Source: Firmicutes bacterium UBA2296 (lineage in GTDB: Bacteria; Bacillota; UBA994). From it: 56,739 bases of DNA. The notes below the pieces were generated by a model that searched no databases, had not been told where the DNA came from, and saw nothing but the letters and a program-made list of their open reading frames with translations. A program made the translations under genes and the position numbers. Shown one piece after another: positions 1 to 8,697 of this stretch. The stretch is from positions 1 to 56,739 of the forward strand of contig DDWC01000133.1 in assembly GCA_002345475.1 (NCBI GenBank). Reading direction: 5' to 3'. Position 1 is the first letter of the stretch. Each line of letters opens with the position of its first letter.

Positions 1-387
1 ACCGAGATAGACACTTTCATGATGGCAGAGGCGCTGCGCGTGATCGCTGGACAGGCCACCAGCTTCGGAGTCAGCCATGAGGTAATACCTATGGGTGGTG
101 CTCCTGGGTCGGACAGCGATCGGGAGCTTATCGAAATTGTCAGAAGAGTCGCCAAAAGAGACCCATCTGTACAGGAAATAGTCGATATATGGGATTTTGG
201 GGCCAGTGAAGATGTCACATACATGATGGACGCCGTACGGAGCAAGGGTGGCAAGGCTACCTACATGATGTTTGGCACCGATATGGCTGCGCAGCATCAT
301 AACGGAGGGTTTGACTTTGACGAAGAAGCCTTGCTTACTGCTGTGCACGTCATGTGTCTTACCGCAGTGGAGCTAGGCAAGGTCTGA
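1..387 (+). CDS. M20D-type amidohydrolase (AbgA/hippuricase-like), C-terminal fragment; the 5' end lies outside the window
   Basis: Frame 1 is open from nt 1. The C-terminal text GASEDVTYMM...FGTDMAAQHHNGGFDFDEEAL is typical of M20D amidohydrolases. A hairpin terminator follows. Confidence 0.6.
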   Translation, partial: TEIDTFMMAEALRVIAGQATSFGVSHEVIPMGGAPGSDSDRELIEIVRRVAKRDPSVQEIVDIWDFGASEDVTYMMDAVRSKGGKATYMMFGTDMAAQHHNGGFDFDEEALLTAVHVMCLTAVELGKV

Positions 388-411
388 GCAGATTTGCGCA
401 AAGGAAACAAA

Positions 412-455
412 GCGCGGAAGGGGAAAGCCCGTGGGCTTTTCTCTTCCGCGCTTTG
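412..455. terminator. Bidirectional intrinsic terminator between convergent genes
   Basis: About 19-bp stem GCGCGGAAGGGGAAAGCCC / GGGCTTTTCTCTTCCGCGC with G-U pairs, a tiny loop and a T-rich tail. Confidence 0.7.
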
Positions 456-474
456 TGGAATGAGAACATCCTTG

Positions 475-681
475 CTAGAGGATTGAAGGCCTACCGATGG
501 AGTACCCCATGGTGGAGAAGCCGTAATCGGTTGGTATGCTGTGAGGATGCACTCTGCCACTGGCAAGTTCCGAAACCATCACCCCTGTTGCGTTGGCAGG
601 TTGGGCAGCAAGAGCTCCGGAAGCCAGGGTCGCGACCAGAATCAGAGCAATAAACACAGTAACGGTCAGTTTTCTCAACAT
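475..681 (-). CDS. Small secreted protein of unknown function (68 aa; signal peptide, about 42-aa mature part)
   Basis: N-terminal K-rich n-region, hydrophobic core and ALA|AQ cleavage-like site. RBS AGGGGGG lies 7 nt before the ATG. No family recognised. Confidence 0.5.
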   Translation of the reverse strand: MLRKLTVTVFIALILVATLASGALAAQPANATGVMVSELASGRVHPHSIPTDYGFSTMGYSIGRPSIL

Positions 682-718
682 GTCTTACCCCCCTAAGTGA
701 TAGTTGTGTATAGACTAT

Positions 719-766
719 ATCACATCCTGATCACATGAGCCAGAGGTAATCACATTTCAATCACAT
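719..766 (-). promoter_or_regulatory. Four direct ATGTGAT repeats (ATCACAT on the + strand) in the promoter region of the small secreted-protein gene
   Basis: Exact heptamers at 719-725, 730-736, 749-755 and 760-766, with spacing 11/19/11 nt. The last repeat abuts a TATAGT -10-like hexamer; no good -35. Confidence 0.45.
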
Positions 767-784
767 ATAATATACCAGCAGACG

Positions 785-2305
785 TCAGATTTGCTGTAAG
801 CTGTGGAAAGCATCAACGACGGCGGGATGGAAATGTTTGCCCTTTTGGGAGGCAATAACGGCGCAGGCTTCGCTGTGGCTCATAGCTGGACGATGAAATC
901 GGTCGGAGGTCATGGCGTCGTAGGAGTCAGCCAGGATGAGAACATGAGCAGGAAGCGATATCATCTCGGAGGAGAGTTTGTTTGGGTAGCCTTCGCCGTC
1001 AAATCTCTCGTGGTGCGCCCGCACAATGTCAGGCGCTCTGGAGCCCGGCATGGCGAACCGTATCAGTTCCGCGCCCAGTTCGGGATGCTGTTGCACGACT
1101 TCCCATTCCCCTGGATCCAGCGGTCCGGGCTTGGTCAAAACTCTCTTTGGTACTGCGACTTGTCCGATGTCATGAAATCTGGCAGCAAAAACGAGTTCCC
1201 GACGGGCCTGTTGCTCAAGTTCCAACAGATCGGCCAGCATGGTGCAGTACTGCATCACCCGGTTGCAGTGCCCCTGGGTGTAGCTGTCCATTTTCTCGGT
1301 CAACTCCATAATCCTTAATGCTCCTTCGCAGTAGTTCAGGGAAAGCTCAATCTGGAAGAAGTCCCGTCCTTCTGTCCCCTCACGGCGTTTGTCGGCCTCC
1401 TGCATGGCCACAGCCTGCTCTTCGTTGCATAGATCGGCTCTCTCTCGCAGGTACGGGCTCTTTTGGCTCTGATATATTTCCACGGCCTTACTCTTGTAGT
1501 GCTCCGCTCGGGTCTTATCTCCTGTGGAGGAGAAAACCAGGCACAATATGCGGCACACGTTGGCGATTTCCAGCCTGTCCAGGATACAGGATTCGGTAAG
1601 CATGATTTCGATTGATTTGGCACAGAGGTCTAGTGCCCGATATGGTTTGCCTTGTAGATATTTCAGGTGCGCCAGCTCAGTTAAAGCGTAGGCTTCGTGG
1701 TGAAAGTCCTGCGCCTCCGAAAAAGCGGCGATACAAGTCGCCAGTTCTTCTTCAGCCTCGACGAATTCACCAAGTTTGACCAGTGATATGGAACGATTCA
1801 GGCGCGTTACAAAGGCAGCCGCCTCATCCTCCATTCCCTGGTAAATTGTCAGGGCTTCAGAGTGCAAAGTCAGTGCTTCGCGGTACAGTGCCCTATCCAA
1901 CGCGTATGCCCCTCGCAGTAAGAGGATTCTGGCTCGCAGAGCATCTTCTCCTCGCCCCCAAATTGACTCGGCTATTTCGAGTTCCTCCAGGGCCATGTCC
2001 GCTTCGCCCTTCATGTAAAGCGCGGCGCTCTTGTTTAGAGCCACCTTGAGTGAAAGTGCCGGATCAGGTTCGGCCAGCTTTCGGATATGTCGAGAAGCGG
2101 CAGAAAAATAGTCTAGAGCTTCATTGTACCGGCCGTTTTCTGAGAAGCAACATCCCAGAACATTGGCAGCTGCAGCAGCCTCCTGCGCGTTATCGGGCTG
2201 TTGTTCGGCCATTTCCAGCCAACGAGCCCACTCCTCCTGGGCTGCGGGAAAGAGGCGACGGTTGAAGAAAGTCATCCCTCGGCTTCTGTGCGTTTCCCTA
2301 TCCAT
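785..2305 (-). CDS. HD-GYP domain protein (putative c-di-GMP phosphodiesterase) with an N-terminal TPR-like repeat region
   Basis: C-terminal RFHDIGQ ... HHERFDGEGYP motifs. The N-terminal ~300 aa are helical, Ala/Leu/Glu-rich, TPR-like repeats. Start chosen at the ATG preceded by GGAGGAG; the ORF stays open to 2401. Confidence 0.75.
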   Translation of the reverse strand: MDRETHRSRGMTFFNRRLFPAAQEEWARWLEMAEQQPDNAQEAAAAANVLGCCFSENGRYNEALDYFSAASRHIRKLAEPDPALSLKVALNKSAALYMKGEADMALEELEIAESIWGRGEDALRARILLLRGAYALDRALYREALTLHSEALTIYQGMEDEAAAFVTRLNRSISLVKLGEFVEAEEELATCIAAFSEAQDFHHEAYALTELAHLKYLQGKPYRALDLCAKSIEIMLTESCILDRLEIANVCRILCLVFSSTGDKTRAEHYKSKAVEIYQSQKSPYLRERADLCNEEQAVAMQEADKRREGTEGRDFFQIELSLNYCEGALRIMELTEKMDSYTQGHCNRVMQYCTMLADLLELEQQARRELVFAARFHDIGQVAVPKRVLTKPGPLDPGEWEVVQQHPELGAELIRFAMPGSRAPDIVRAHHERFDGEGYPNKLSSEMISLPAHVLILADSYDAMTSDRFHRPAMSHSEACAVIASQKGKHFHPAVVDAFHSLQQI

Positions 2306-2420
2306 CTGCAGCGCTCCTCCTTCCATTGCTGGTCGCCACTTATTTCTTCCTGTCTTTGGAGGTTTCCTGCACCTTGCGGAGTAATTAATAAAAAAGCTCA
2401 TTGTCTAAGGAGTGTTTGCG

Positions 2421-3401
2421 TTGAGAGATACTAAAAACGGGAGATTGGCAGTTATCATGAAACATCTAGCAGGGCGGGAGATGGTTGCCGCGGAGGAACT
2501 TGCGAAAATTCTTGGTACTAGTCGCCGGACTGTTTATCGATACGTTGAAGAGCTCAAGGGTCAGGGACTGGCTGTTGAGGCTTGTCCCGGCAGCAAGGGA
2601 GGTTTCAGGCTCAGTCAAAACAACCCCAATCTCACGCGGGCGCTTAATGAAAATGAACTGCTCAGCCTGATGTTGGCCGGGCTTGCTGTGGCCGAACACA
2701 ACTTGCTTCCCAATAATGACAGCCTGGAAGCTGGATTGAACAAAATCCGGGATTCTCTCGATCCGCAGACATGGGCTCAAATACAGGAGAAGTTGCCAAA
2801 TATAAGCCTGATGGTAGGTAAGCTCTACGAGGATGACGAGGTTGCCAGCCGCATCGAAGCAATATCCGCGGCCATCCATGGGCACCAAACCCTGCACACC
2901 ACGTATTCGTCCTTTAGCAGCAACAGGACGGAAACCAGGTTGATTGATCCTTACCACCTTCTCTTTCAGGGAGGTGCCTGGTATGTGGTGGGATATTGCC
3001 GCTTGCGGAAGGAATTTCGCACGTTTCGAGTTGATAGGATGTCCGATTTAACGCCAAATGGCAGTGTGTTTGTTAGAGCCCCCGAGTTCAATCTGGGGGC
3101 CTACCTTGGCGCCAGCTGGGGCATCATGCGCGGTGAGAGGCATAAGGTGGCGGTCCGGTTCTTCCCTCCCATTAGCCGTTATATTTCGGAAGGACATTGG
3201 CATTCGTCCCAGACGGTTTCTTTGGAAGCAGATGGTTCGGTTGTTTTTGGCGCCACCGTAGACGGACTGGATGAGGTCAAACGCTGGATATTGTCTTTTG
3301 GGGCCGCAGCTCAGGTTATAGCCCCGGAGGCGCTGTATGCCGCAGTCGCAGCGGAGCATCGCGATGCGGCGGCGAGATATGAATATGACAAAGGCAATTG
3401 A
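2421..3401 (+). CDS. HTH-WYL domain transcriptional regulator (YafY/DeoR-N-type HTH plus WYL)
   Basis: RLAVIMKHL...ELAKILGTSRRTVYRYVEEL forms the wHTH. The WYL core is GGAWYVVGYCRLRKEFRTFRVDRM. TTG start 8 nt after AAGGAG (alternative GTG at 2412). Confidence 0.8.
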   Translation: MRDTKNGRLAVIMKHLAGREMVAAEELAKILGTSRRTVYRYVEELKGQGLAVEACPGSKGGFRLSQNNPNLTRALNENELLSLMLAGLAVAEHNLLPNNDSLEAGLNKIRDSLDPQTWAQIQEKLPNISLMVGKLYEDDEVASRIEAISAAIHGHQTLHTTYSSFSSNRTETRLIDPYHLLFQGGAWYVVGYCRLRKEFRTFRVDRMSDLTPNGSVFVRAPEFNLGAYLGASWGIMRGERHKVAVRFFPPISRYISEGHWHSSQTVSLEADGSVVFGATVDGLDEVKRWILSFGAAAQVIAPEALYAAVAAEHRDAAARYEYDKGN

Positions 3402-4746
3402 CGCCCGGCTGGCCGAACTGGGACTGGGCCGTGAAGCTAAATATCAGTTACCGGGGGGGCAGAAAGTGCCCTGGAGGCTCTCACCTCAACCCTTTGTACT
3501 CGATGACGAACGGCGCGGCTGCCTGTCCCGTTTTGGATTTCTCATGACCCGATTCTACTTCGCTGCCGATCGCATCTATCAATCCGCCCTGAGTGATGCA
3601 CGCACGGGATTCGTGGCAGATTATCTGGATGCCGGCAAACCTGAAGCGGTAATACAGTATGGGAGACACGCCCGCTTCAAGGGGCAGCTCCCGCTGATTC
3701 TCAGGCCCGATCTCCTTTGGACGGACCAGGGTTTTGTCGCCACTGAATTTGATTCTGTACCCGGTGGCGCAGGACTATTGGCGGGTATGGAGAACGTCTA
3801 CCGCGAACTCGGGCATGCCGTGCCCAGCACCGGTGATGTCTTTGCCAGAACTCTCCTTGATTTTCACGGAAAGGGTGCTGTGGCCATCGTAGTTTCCGAC
3901 GAGTCATCGGCCTATCGCCCCGAAATGACGTACCTTGCCGGCCTGATCAGCTCAGAGGATGTACCCGTGCTCTGCCTCCGGCCTGAAGAGTTGACGATAA
4001 GCTCTTCGGGTGTCTTCTTTGGGACACTGAAGATCGGAACCATATACAGGTTCTTCGAGCTCTTTGACCTGGACAATGTGCCTAATGGACATTCCTTGAT
4101 AAACGCGGCCATGCAGGGCTCAGTCCGGATGACTCCGCCGCCAAAAGCATATCTCGAAGAGAAAATGTGGTTTTCTCTGTTGCGCCATCACGCTCTGGAA
4201 GAGAGCTGGCAGAAGCACATGGGTGAATCCGCTTACGGGGAGCTGCTCGCATTAATTCCTGAGTCACACATACTGGACTCCAGGCCCATCCCCCCCCACG
4301 GCATTTTACCCGGGGTAACAAAAAGAGGCCGGCCTGTGAGCTCGTTTGACGAGCTGCGAGACCTGCCTCGGGGGGAAAGACAATATGTCATCAAGCCCTC
4401 GGGCTTCTCCGAGTTTGCCTGGGGCAGCAAGGGGATCAATCTGGGGAGGGAATTGAGCACCAAAGCATGGGGAGAGATATTGGAGGTGGCTCTCGCAGGC
4501 TTTCCTCTGCGCACTCACATACTGCAGAAATATCATTACAGCCTGCTTGAGCAAGTGAACTATTATGACTTTGCCCTGGATCAGGTTCTGGACTTTGCTG
4601 CCAAGATTCGCTATTGCCCCTTCTTCTTCCTGTCCAGAAAGACTGCCCTATCTCAGGGAGGAGTGCTTATAACAGCCTGTCCAGCTGAGAAACCCCTTAT
4701 ACACGGGATGACTGAAGCCGTGATGGTGCCAGCCGCCTTAGGTTAG
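3379..4746 (+). CDS. Uncharacterised protein, possibly a circularly permuted ATP-grasp ligase resembling eukaryotic-type glutathione synthetase
   Basis: By-eye collinearity with human GSS blocks: TEFDSVPGGAG vs IEINTISASFGG, IGTIYRFFE vs IAVVYFRDG, YVIKPSGFS vs FVLKPQREG, HILQKY vs YILMEK. Overlaps the WYL gene end by 23 nt. Start uncertain (3337-3385). Confidence 0.4.
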   Translation: MNMTKAIDARLAELGLGREAKYQLPGGQKVPWRLSPQPFVLDDERRGCLSRFGFLMTRFYFAADRIYQSALSDARTGFVADYLDAGKPEAVIQYGRHARFKGQLPLILRPDLLWTDQGFVATEFDSVPGGAGLLAGMENVYRELGHAVPSTGDVFARTLLDFHGKGAVAIVVSDESSAYRPEMTYLAGLISSEDVPVLCLRPEELTISSSGVFFGTLKIGTIYRFFELFDLDNVPNGHSLINAAMQGSVRMTPPPKAYLEEKMWFSLLRHHALEESWQKHMGESAYGELLALIPESHILDSRPIPPHGILPGVTKRGRPVSSFDELRDLPRGERQYVIKPSGFSEFAWGSKGINLGRELSTKAWGEILEVALAGFPLRTHILQKYHYSLLEQVNYYDFALDQVLDFAAKIRYCPFFFLSRKTALSQGGVLITACPAEKPLIHGMTEAVMVPAALG

Positions 4747-5119
4747 TCTGAGCCGCAGCGACTACCGCAGCGCACAGGACGGCGAAGGGCAGTCCCCATA
4801 TCATGGCCCAGGCCAAGTCAAAACGGTCCAGCGAGAAAGTACTGACACGGAGATTCTCCAGGCTGATACCCAGACGACAGGGCAGTGCCAGGGTGTAACC
4901 GAGAATGGTGCTGAGGAACTTTGGCATAAGGATGTTGGGCAACAGAAATCCAAGGAAGTAAAATCCCATGCCTACTACCCACCACATGAAGGCCAGTCTG
5001 ACCAGCCAGAGTAAACGTTTCTGCCCTTTGCGCAACTTGTGTGCCGGCGTGAGGAAAGACACAGGCCAAAGAACCAGCAATAGGGCAACAAAGAGATAAT
5101 TGCTGAACAATACGATCAC
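4697..5119 (-). CDS. Hypothetical polytopic membrane protein (140 aa)
   Basis: About four hydrophobic helices and no recognised family. Its 3' end overlaps the convergent 3379-4746 gene by 50 nt. Confidence 0.45.
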   Translation of the reverse strand: MIVLFSNYLFVALLLVLWPVSFLTPAHKLRKGQKRLLWLVRLAFMWWVVGMGFYFLGFLLPNILMPKFLSTILGYTLALPCRLGISLENLRVSTFSLDRFDLAWAMIWGLPFAVLCAAVVAAAQTNLRRLAPSRLQSSRV

Positions 5120-5149
5120 CTCAAACTATACATACTGGGGGTATGAATC

Positions 5150-5875
5150 TTGTTTCCAAAGATAATCGCCCATCGAGGAGCATCTCTGGCCAGACCCGAA
5201 AACACTCTCGCGGCATTTTCCACCGCTCTGGAGCAGGGCGCCAACGGCCTGGAGCTTGATCTGCAGATGTCTGGCGACGGTGCTCTCCTGGTGATCCATG
5301 ATGAAACCCTCGACCGCACAACCAGCGGCAAAGGCTACCTGCACCAAAAAAGTCTGGCGGAAATAAGGGCCTTGGACGCCGGTGCCTGGTTCTCTGAGCA
5401 ATACCGCGGGGAGAGAGTCCCACTGATACAGGAAGTGCTCGAACTGGTTCATAACAAGGACATCCTGCTAAACATTGAACTTAAGAACGGAATCGTGCCC
5501 TACCATGGTATGGAAGAGAAGCTGATTCAGGTGCTTGATCAGTATCCTGAGCAGCAGGTCATAGTCTCTTCCTTCAATCACCACAGCCTGCACAAGCTGA
5601 AGCTTCTCAAACCAGGGCTGGATTGCGGAGCCCTCTATATTGCCGGCTTTATCGAGCCCTGGCACTACGCGAGGCAGTGGGGTTTTGCGGCTTTGCACCC
5701 TATCTATCTTAACATAATCCCCGATCTGGTTACAGGGTGCCGCACCGCCGGTATCAGGCTATACCCATGGACAGTCGACGATGATGATGTGCTGCAAAAG
5801 ATGGTCCTTTCTGGTGTTGATGGCATCATCACCAATGCCCCGGAACGATTAGTGAAGATACGGGAGGGGATGTAG
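5150..5875 (+). CDS. Glycerophosphodiester phosphodiesterase (GDPD/UgpQ family)
   Basis: IAHRGAS...ENTLAAF...LELDLQMSGDGALLVIHDETLDRTT and C-terminal GVDGIITN. TTG start 8 nt after GGGGGT. Confidence 0.85.
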   Translation: MFPKIIAHRGASLARPENTLAAFSTALEQGANGLELDLQMSGDGALLVIHDETLDRTTSGKGYLHQKSLAEIRALDAGAWFSEQYRGERVPLIQEVLELVHNKDILLNIELKNGIVPYHGMEEKLIQVLDQYPEQQVIVSSFNHHSLHKLKLLKPGLDCGALYIAGFIEPWHYARQWGFAALHPIYLNIIPDLVTGCRTAGIRLYPWTVDDDDVLQKMVLSGVDGIITNAPERLVKIREGM

Positions 5876-5878
5876 TAT

Positions 5879-7105
5879 ATGACGCTGGATTATAAGAAGA
5901 TGTTCACAGTAGGTCTTGGTTTCATGGTGATCACGCTGTTCTGGTCAGTGTATAATTCCTATCTGCCACTCATGCTAAGGGACCTATTGATCGAGAGCCG
6001 ATACACCAGTCTGATAGTCGGAGCCATTATGACCCTCGATAACATCGCGGCCATCACCTTGCAGCCCTACTTTGGCGCCCGCTCTGATCTTACCTGGAAC
6101 AGACACGGTCGCCGCATGCCCTACATACTTCTGGGTATGCCCATTGCAGCAGCATTCTTTCTCCTGGTGCCGGTGGTGCGCAACAACCTTACTATGTTGG
6201 TCGGTGTAGTGCTTGTGGCCAATGTAGCCATGTCTGTCTTTCGCGCTCCCACTGTGGCCTTGATGCCGGACATGACTCCGTCAGCCTTGCGCAGCAAAGC
6301 CAATGGAGTTATTAACTTCATGGGAGGTCTGGGAGCCATCGTGGCCTATTTCGTCTTGGCACCGCTCTATGACAAATCGGTCTATTGGCCCTTTTTAGCG
6401 ACCGCCCTGACTATGTTTGGGGTCCTGTTCCTGATGAAACGCTTTGTACGTGAAACTCACTCCGCCGACATTGAGGGTGTGCAGTCGGACAGAGCTGGTA
6501 TAGTCAGTTCACTCCGAAAAGTCCTGGCGGATCCAGACAAGTCCACAAGGAATATCCTTTTCGCGATATTTTTCTGGTTTATCGGCTGGAGTGCCGTAGA
6601 CGCATTCTTCACCACCTATGGGGTTGAGGTCTGGGGTCTGGAGCCCGGAAGAGCAGCCTTCTATCTTGGCTTTTTCTCGATATCATTTCTTGTTTTTGCC
6701 ATACCCAGCGGTTTTATTGCCGGGAGGTTTGGGCGCAGGAAGACGATTAAGGCGGGGGTAATCGGCATGGGGCTGGTGCTGGCTTCCTTCACATTCGTCG
6801 AACCTCTGATCCTGGTGGCGGGCCTGCTGGTGGTGGGCGGCACTTTCTGGGCTCTCGTCAACATAAACTCTTACCCCATGGTGGCGGACATGGCCAGGGA
6901 AGGTCAAATCGGCACTTATACAGGGCTATACTACTTTTTCTCATCCCTGGCTGCCATACTTGCTCCACCGGTTGCGGGGTTTTTCATGGATATCCTCGGC
7001 TTGCGAGCGTTGTTTGCCTTTTCAACCGGGGCCTTCGTTCTGGCTTACATGTTTGTGAACAGAGTGCATGGCGGTGAATCGGAAAGCGCAGGGGTTCTGT
7101 CCTAG
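5879..7105 (+). CDS. MFS transporter, co-operonic with the phosphodiesterase
   Basis: About 12 hydrophobic segments. MFS-like loop motif RSDLTWNRHGRRMPYIL. Starts 3 nt after the GDPD stop. Confidence 0.75.
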   Translation: MTLDYKKMFTVGLGFMVITLFWSVYNSYLPLMLRDLLIESRYTSLIVGAIMTLDNIAAITLQPYFGARSDLTWNRHGRRMPYILLGMPIAAAFFLLVPVVRNNLTMLVGVVLVANVAMSVFRAPTVALMPDMTPSALRSKANGVINFMGGLGAIVAYFVLAPLYDKSVYWPFLATALTMFGVLFLMKRFVRETHSADIEGVQSDRAGIVSSLRKVLADPDKSTRNILFAIFFWFIGWSAVDAFFTTYGVEVWGLEPGRAAFYLGFFSISFLVFAIPSGFIAGRFGRRKTIKAGVIGMGLVLASFTFVEPLILVAGLLVVGGTFWALVNINSYPMVADMAREGQIGTYTGLYYFFSSLAAILAPPVAGFFMDILGLRALFAFSTGAFVLAYMFVNRVHGGESESAGVLS

Positions 7106-7197
7106 AGTCAATTTGAGGATTGCAGATATTCCTTGAGCGGTATGGGAACAAAAATGCCGGCACCCTCGTCCATATTATCTGGACGGGAGGGATTTCA

Positions 7198-7656
7198 TTG
7201 CGTACGAAAGCCGTAGCGGGCCTGTTGCTGGTTTTATTTGCCAGCATGTGCATATATGTTTCGTCTACTTTCGTGTTCAATCCCTTCACGTATCGTCCCA
7301 ATGAGCTCACTAATCTGCCCTGGAGCTGGTATAGAGGTCCTTTGCAGGTCGAATACGGAGTTCTGGAGGACGGCGGTTGGCGCTTTGTCAAAGTTGCCGA
7401 CACTTCTATAGCCAAAGATCTCTTCCGGGAACTTGGTCGGTCATCTCTTGCGACGTTCTGGCCCCAAGATGCCGCCGAATCTCAGGGGCGTCCCGTGTGG
7501 TTTGGCGTTCGTCGCGTCAGCGACGGCGCAGTGTTACTTGACGCCAAAGGCTGCGAAGGCAGCGATACGTTCCTGCTGCGAGGTCAGATTGCCGTCTCGG
7601 TGACGCCCGCTCTGCTCGAACTCCTTAGCACTAGATTGCCGGGCACAAGGCAGTAG
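7198..7656 (+). CDS. Hypothetical membrane-anchored protein (single N-terminal TM)
   Basis: TTG after GGGAGGGA. N-terminus MRTKAVAGLLLVLFASMCIYV, then a soluble domain with no recognised motifs. The ORF is open from 7120. Confidence 0.45.
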   Translation: MRTKAVAGLLLVLFASMCIYVSSTFVFNPFTYRPNELTNLPWSWYRGPLQVEYGVLEDGGWRFVKVADTSIAKDLFRELGRSSLATFWPQDAAESQGRPVWFGVRRVSDGAVLLDAKGCEGSDTFLLRGQIAVSVTPALLELLSTRLPGTRQ

Positions 7657-7692
7657 GCGGCAGGAAACGAGCAGGGTCTTTGAACAAGCAAA

Positions 7693-7735
7693 ACCCGCCC
7701 GCATGCGGCCATGGCCGGTGCGGGCGGTGCTGTTC
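7693..7735. terminator. Bidirectional intrinsic terminator
   Basis: ACCCGCCCGCA ... TGCGGGCGGT stem enclosing a GGCCATGGCC sub-palindrome, between convergent genes. Confidence 0.65.
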
Positions 7736-7750
7736 CTGTCTTGTGCTCCG

Positions 7751-8512
7751 TTATGTAACTTCAGCAGTCCTATGCCCACTCCACATCCAAACGGCGACAA
7801 ACCCGACGGCAAAGGCCAGCACTATTCCCGGGCTGACGGTGTGGGGGATCACAGCCCGCGCTGCGCCTACTATGAGGCCTGCAAAGAAGTACGAGAGGAC
7901 AGGGCGGTAATTGGTATAGAGGTTCTCCAGCAGTTTGACCAGCAGAAATAGTCCAAGCACGGCACCTATGCCAAAATACATTAGCTGTATCAGCGCCAGT
8001 TCCTTAATGTACAGTAGCAGGCTGTCATAGATGCCCAGAACTATCAGCACCGAGCTCCCGGGAACACCGGGTATGACCATGGCTGCTGTAGAGAAGGCTC
8101 CTCCGATAAGCAGCAGAAGGGGCGGAGTTAAGGTGCCGTCGGATACGACAGCCAGGGGTTCTCCGGCCATAACCAGTCCAAGAATAAGCCCGCCCAGCAA
8201 AAATGCAGCGTAAGTGCCGTTTATTTTGGGAGCAGTGCTGACTACTGCCCGGATGGATGCCAGAATACATCCCAGCAACAGGGCTGCTGTAATGTCCCGA
8301 TAGGCCTCAAAGACCAGAGCAAAAATCGTACCGCCCGCGAACAGGCCAGCGATGATGCCTATGAGAAGAGGAATATAGGGTTTTATGCGCAACCGGCCCA
8401 AATCAAGTATCAGCTGTTCGTAGATGCCCATAATCAGAAAGGCGGTCCCGCCGCTCATGCCAGGCAAAACCATAATTAGCCCCAGTAACAACCCTTGTAG
8501 TATCGATCGCAT
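7751..8512 (-). CDS. DUF368 family membrane protein (putative polyprenyl/undecaprenyl-phosphate translocase family)
   Basis: N-terminal LLGLIMVLPGMSGGTAFLIMGIY and a repeated PGVPGSSVLIVLGIY motif. Polytopic. Confidence 0.7.
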   Translation of the reverse strand: MRSILQGLLLGLIMVLPGMSGGTAFLIMGIYEQLILDLGRLRIKPYIPLLIGIIAGLFAGGTIFALVFEAYRDITAALLLGCILASIRAVVSTAPKINGTYAAFLLGGLILGLVMAGEPLAVVSDGTLTPPLLLLIGGAFSTAAMVIPGVPGSSVLIVLGIYDSLLLYIKELALIQLMYFGIGAVLGLFLLVKLLENLYTNYRPVLSYFFAGLIVGAARAVIPHTVSPGIVLAFAVGFVAVWMWSGHRTAEVT

Positions 8513-8697
8513 TTACGCACCTCCCGGCAACAAACCTAAGTCACATTATAGCGCAAATCGGGGTACAGGTGCTGTGCAGAAATTGCTTTATAGGAGATAT
8601 TATTCGTGAGGCGATGTTTCGGGTGGGGGAGGAAATGGGCGGAACAATGCGAATATAAGAAAATAGTATAGCCCGTCAGGGCGGAGGAGTTGGCAAA

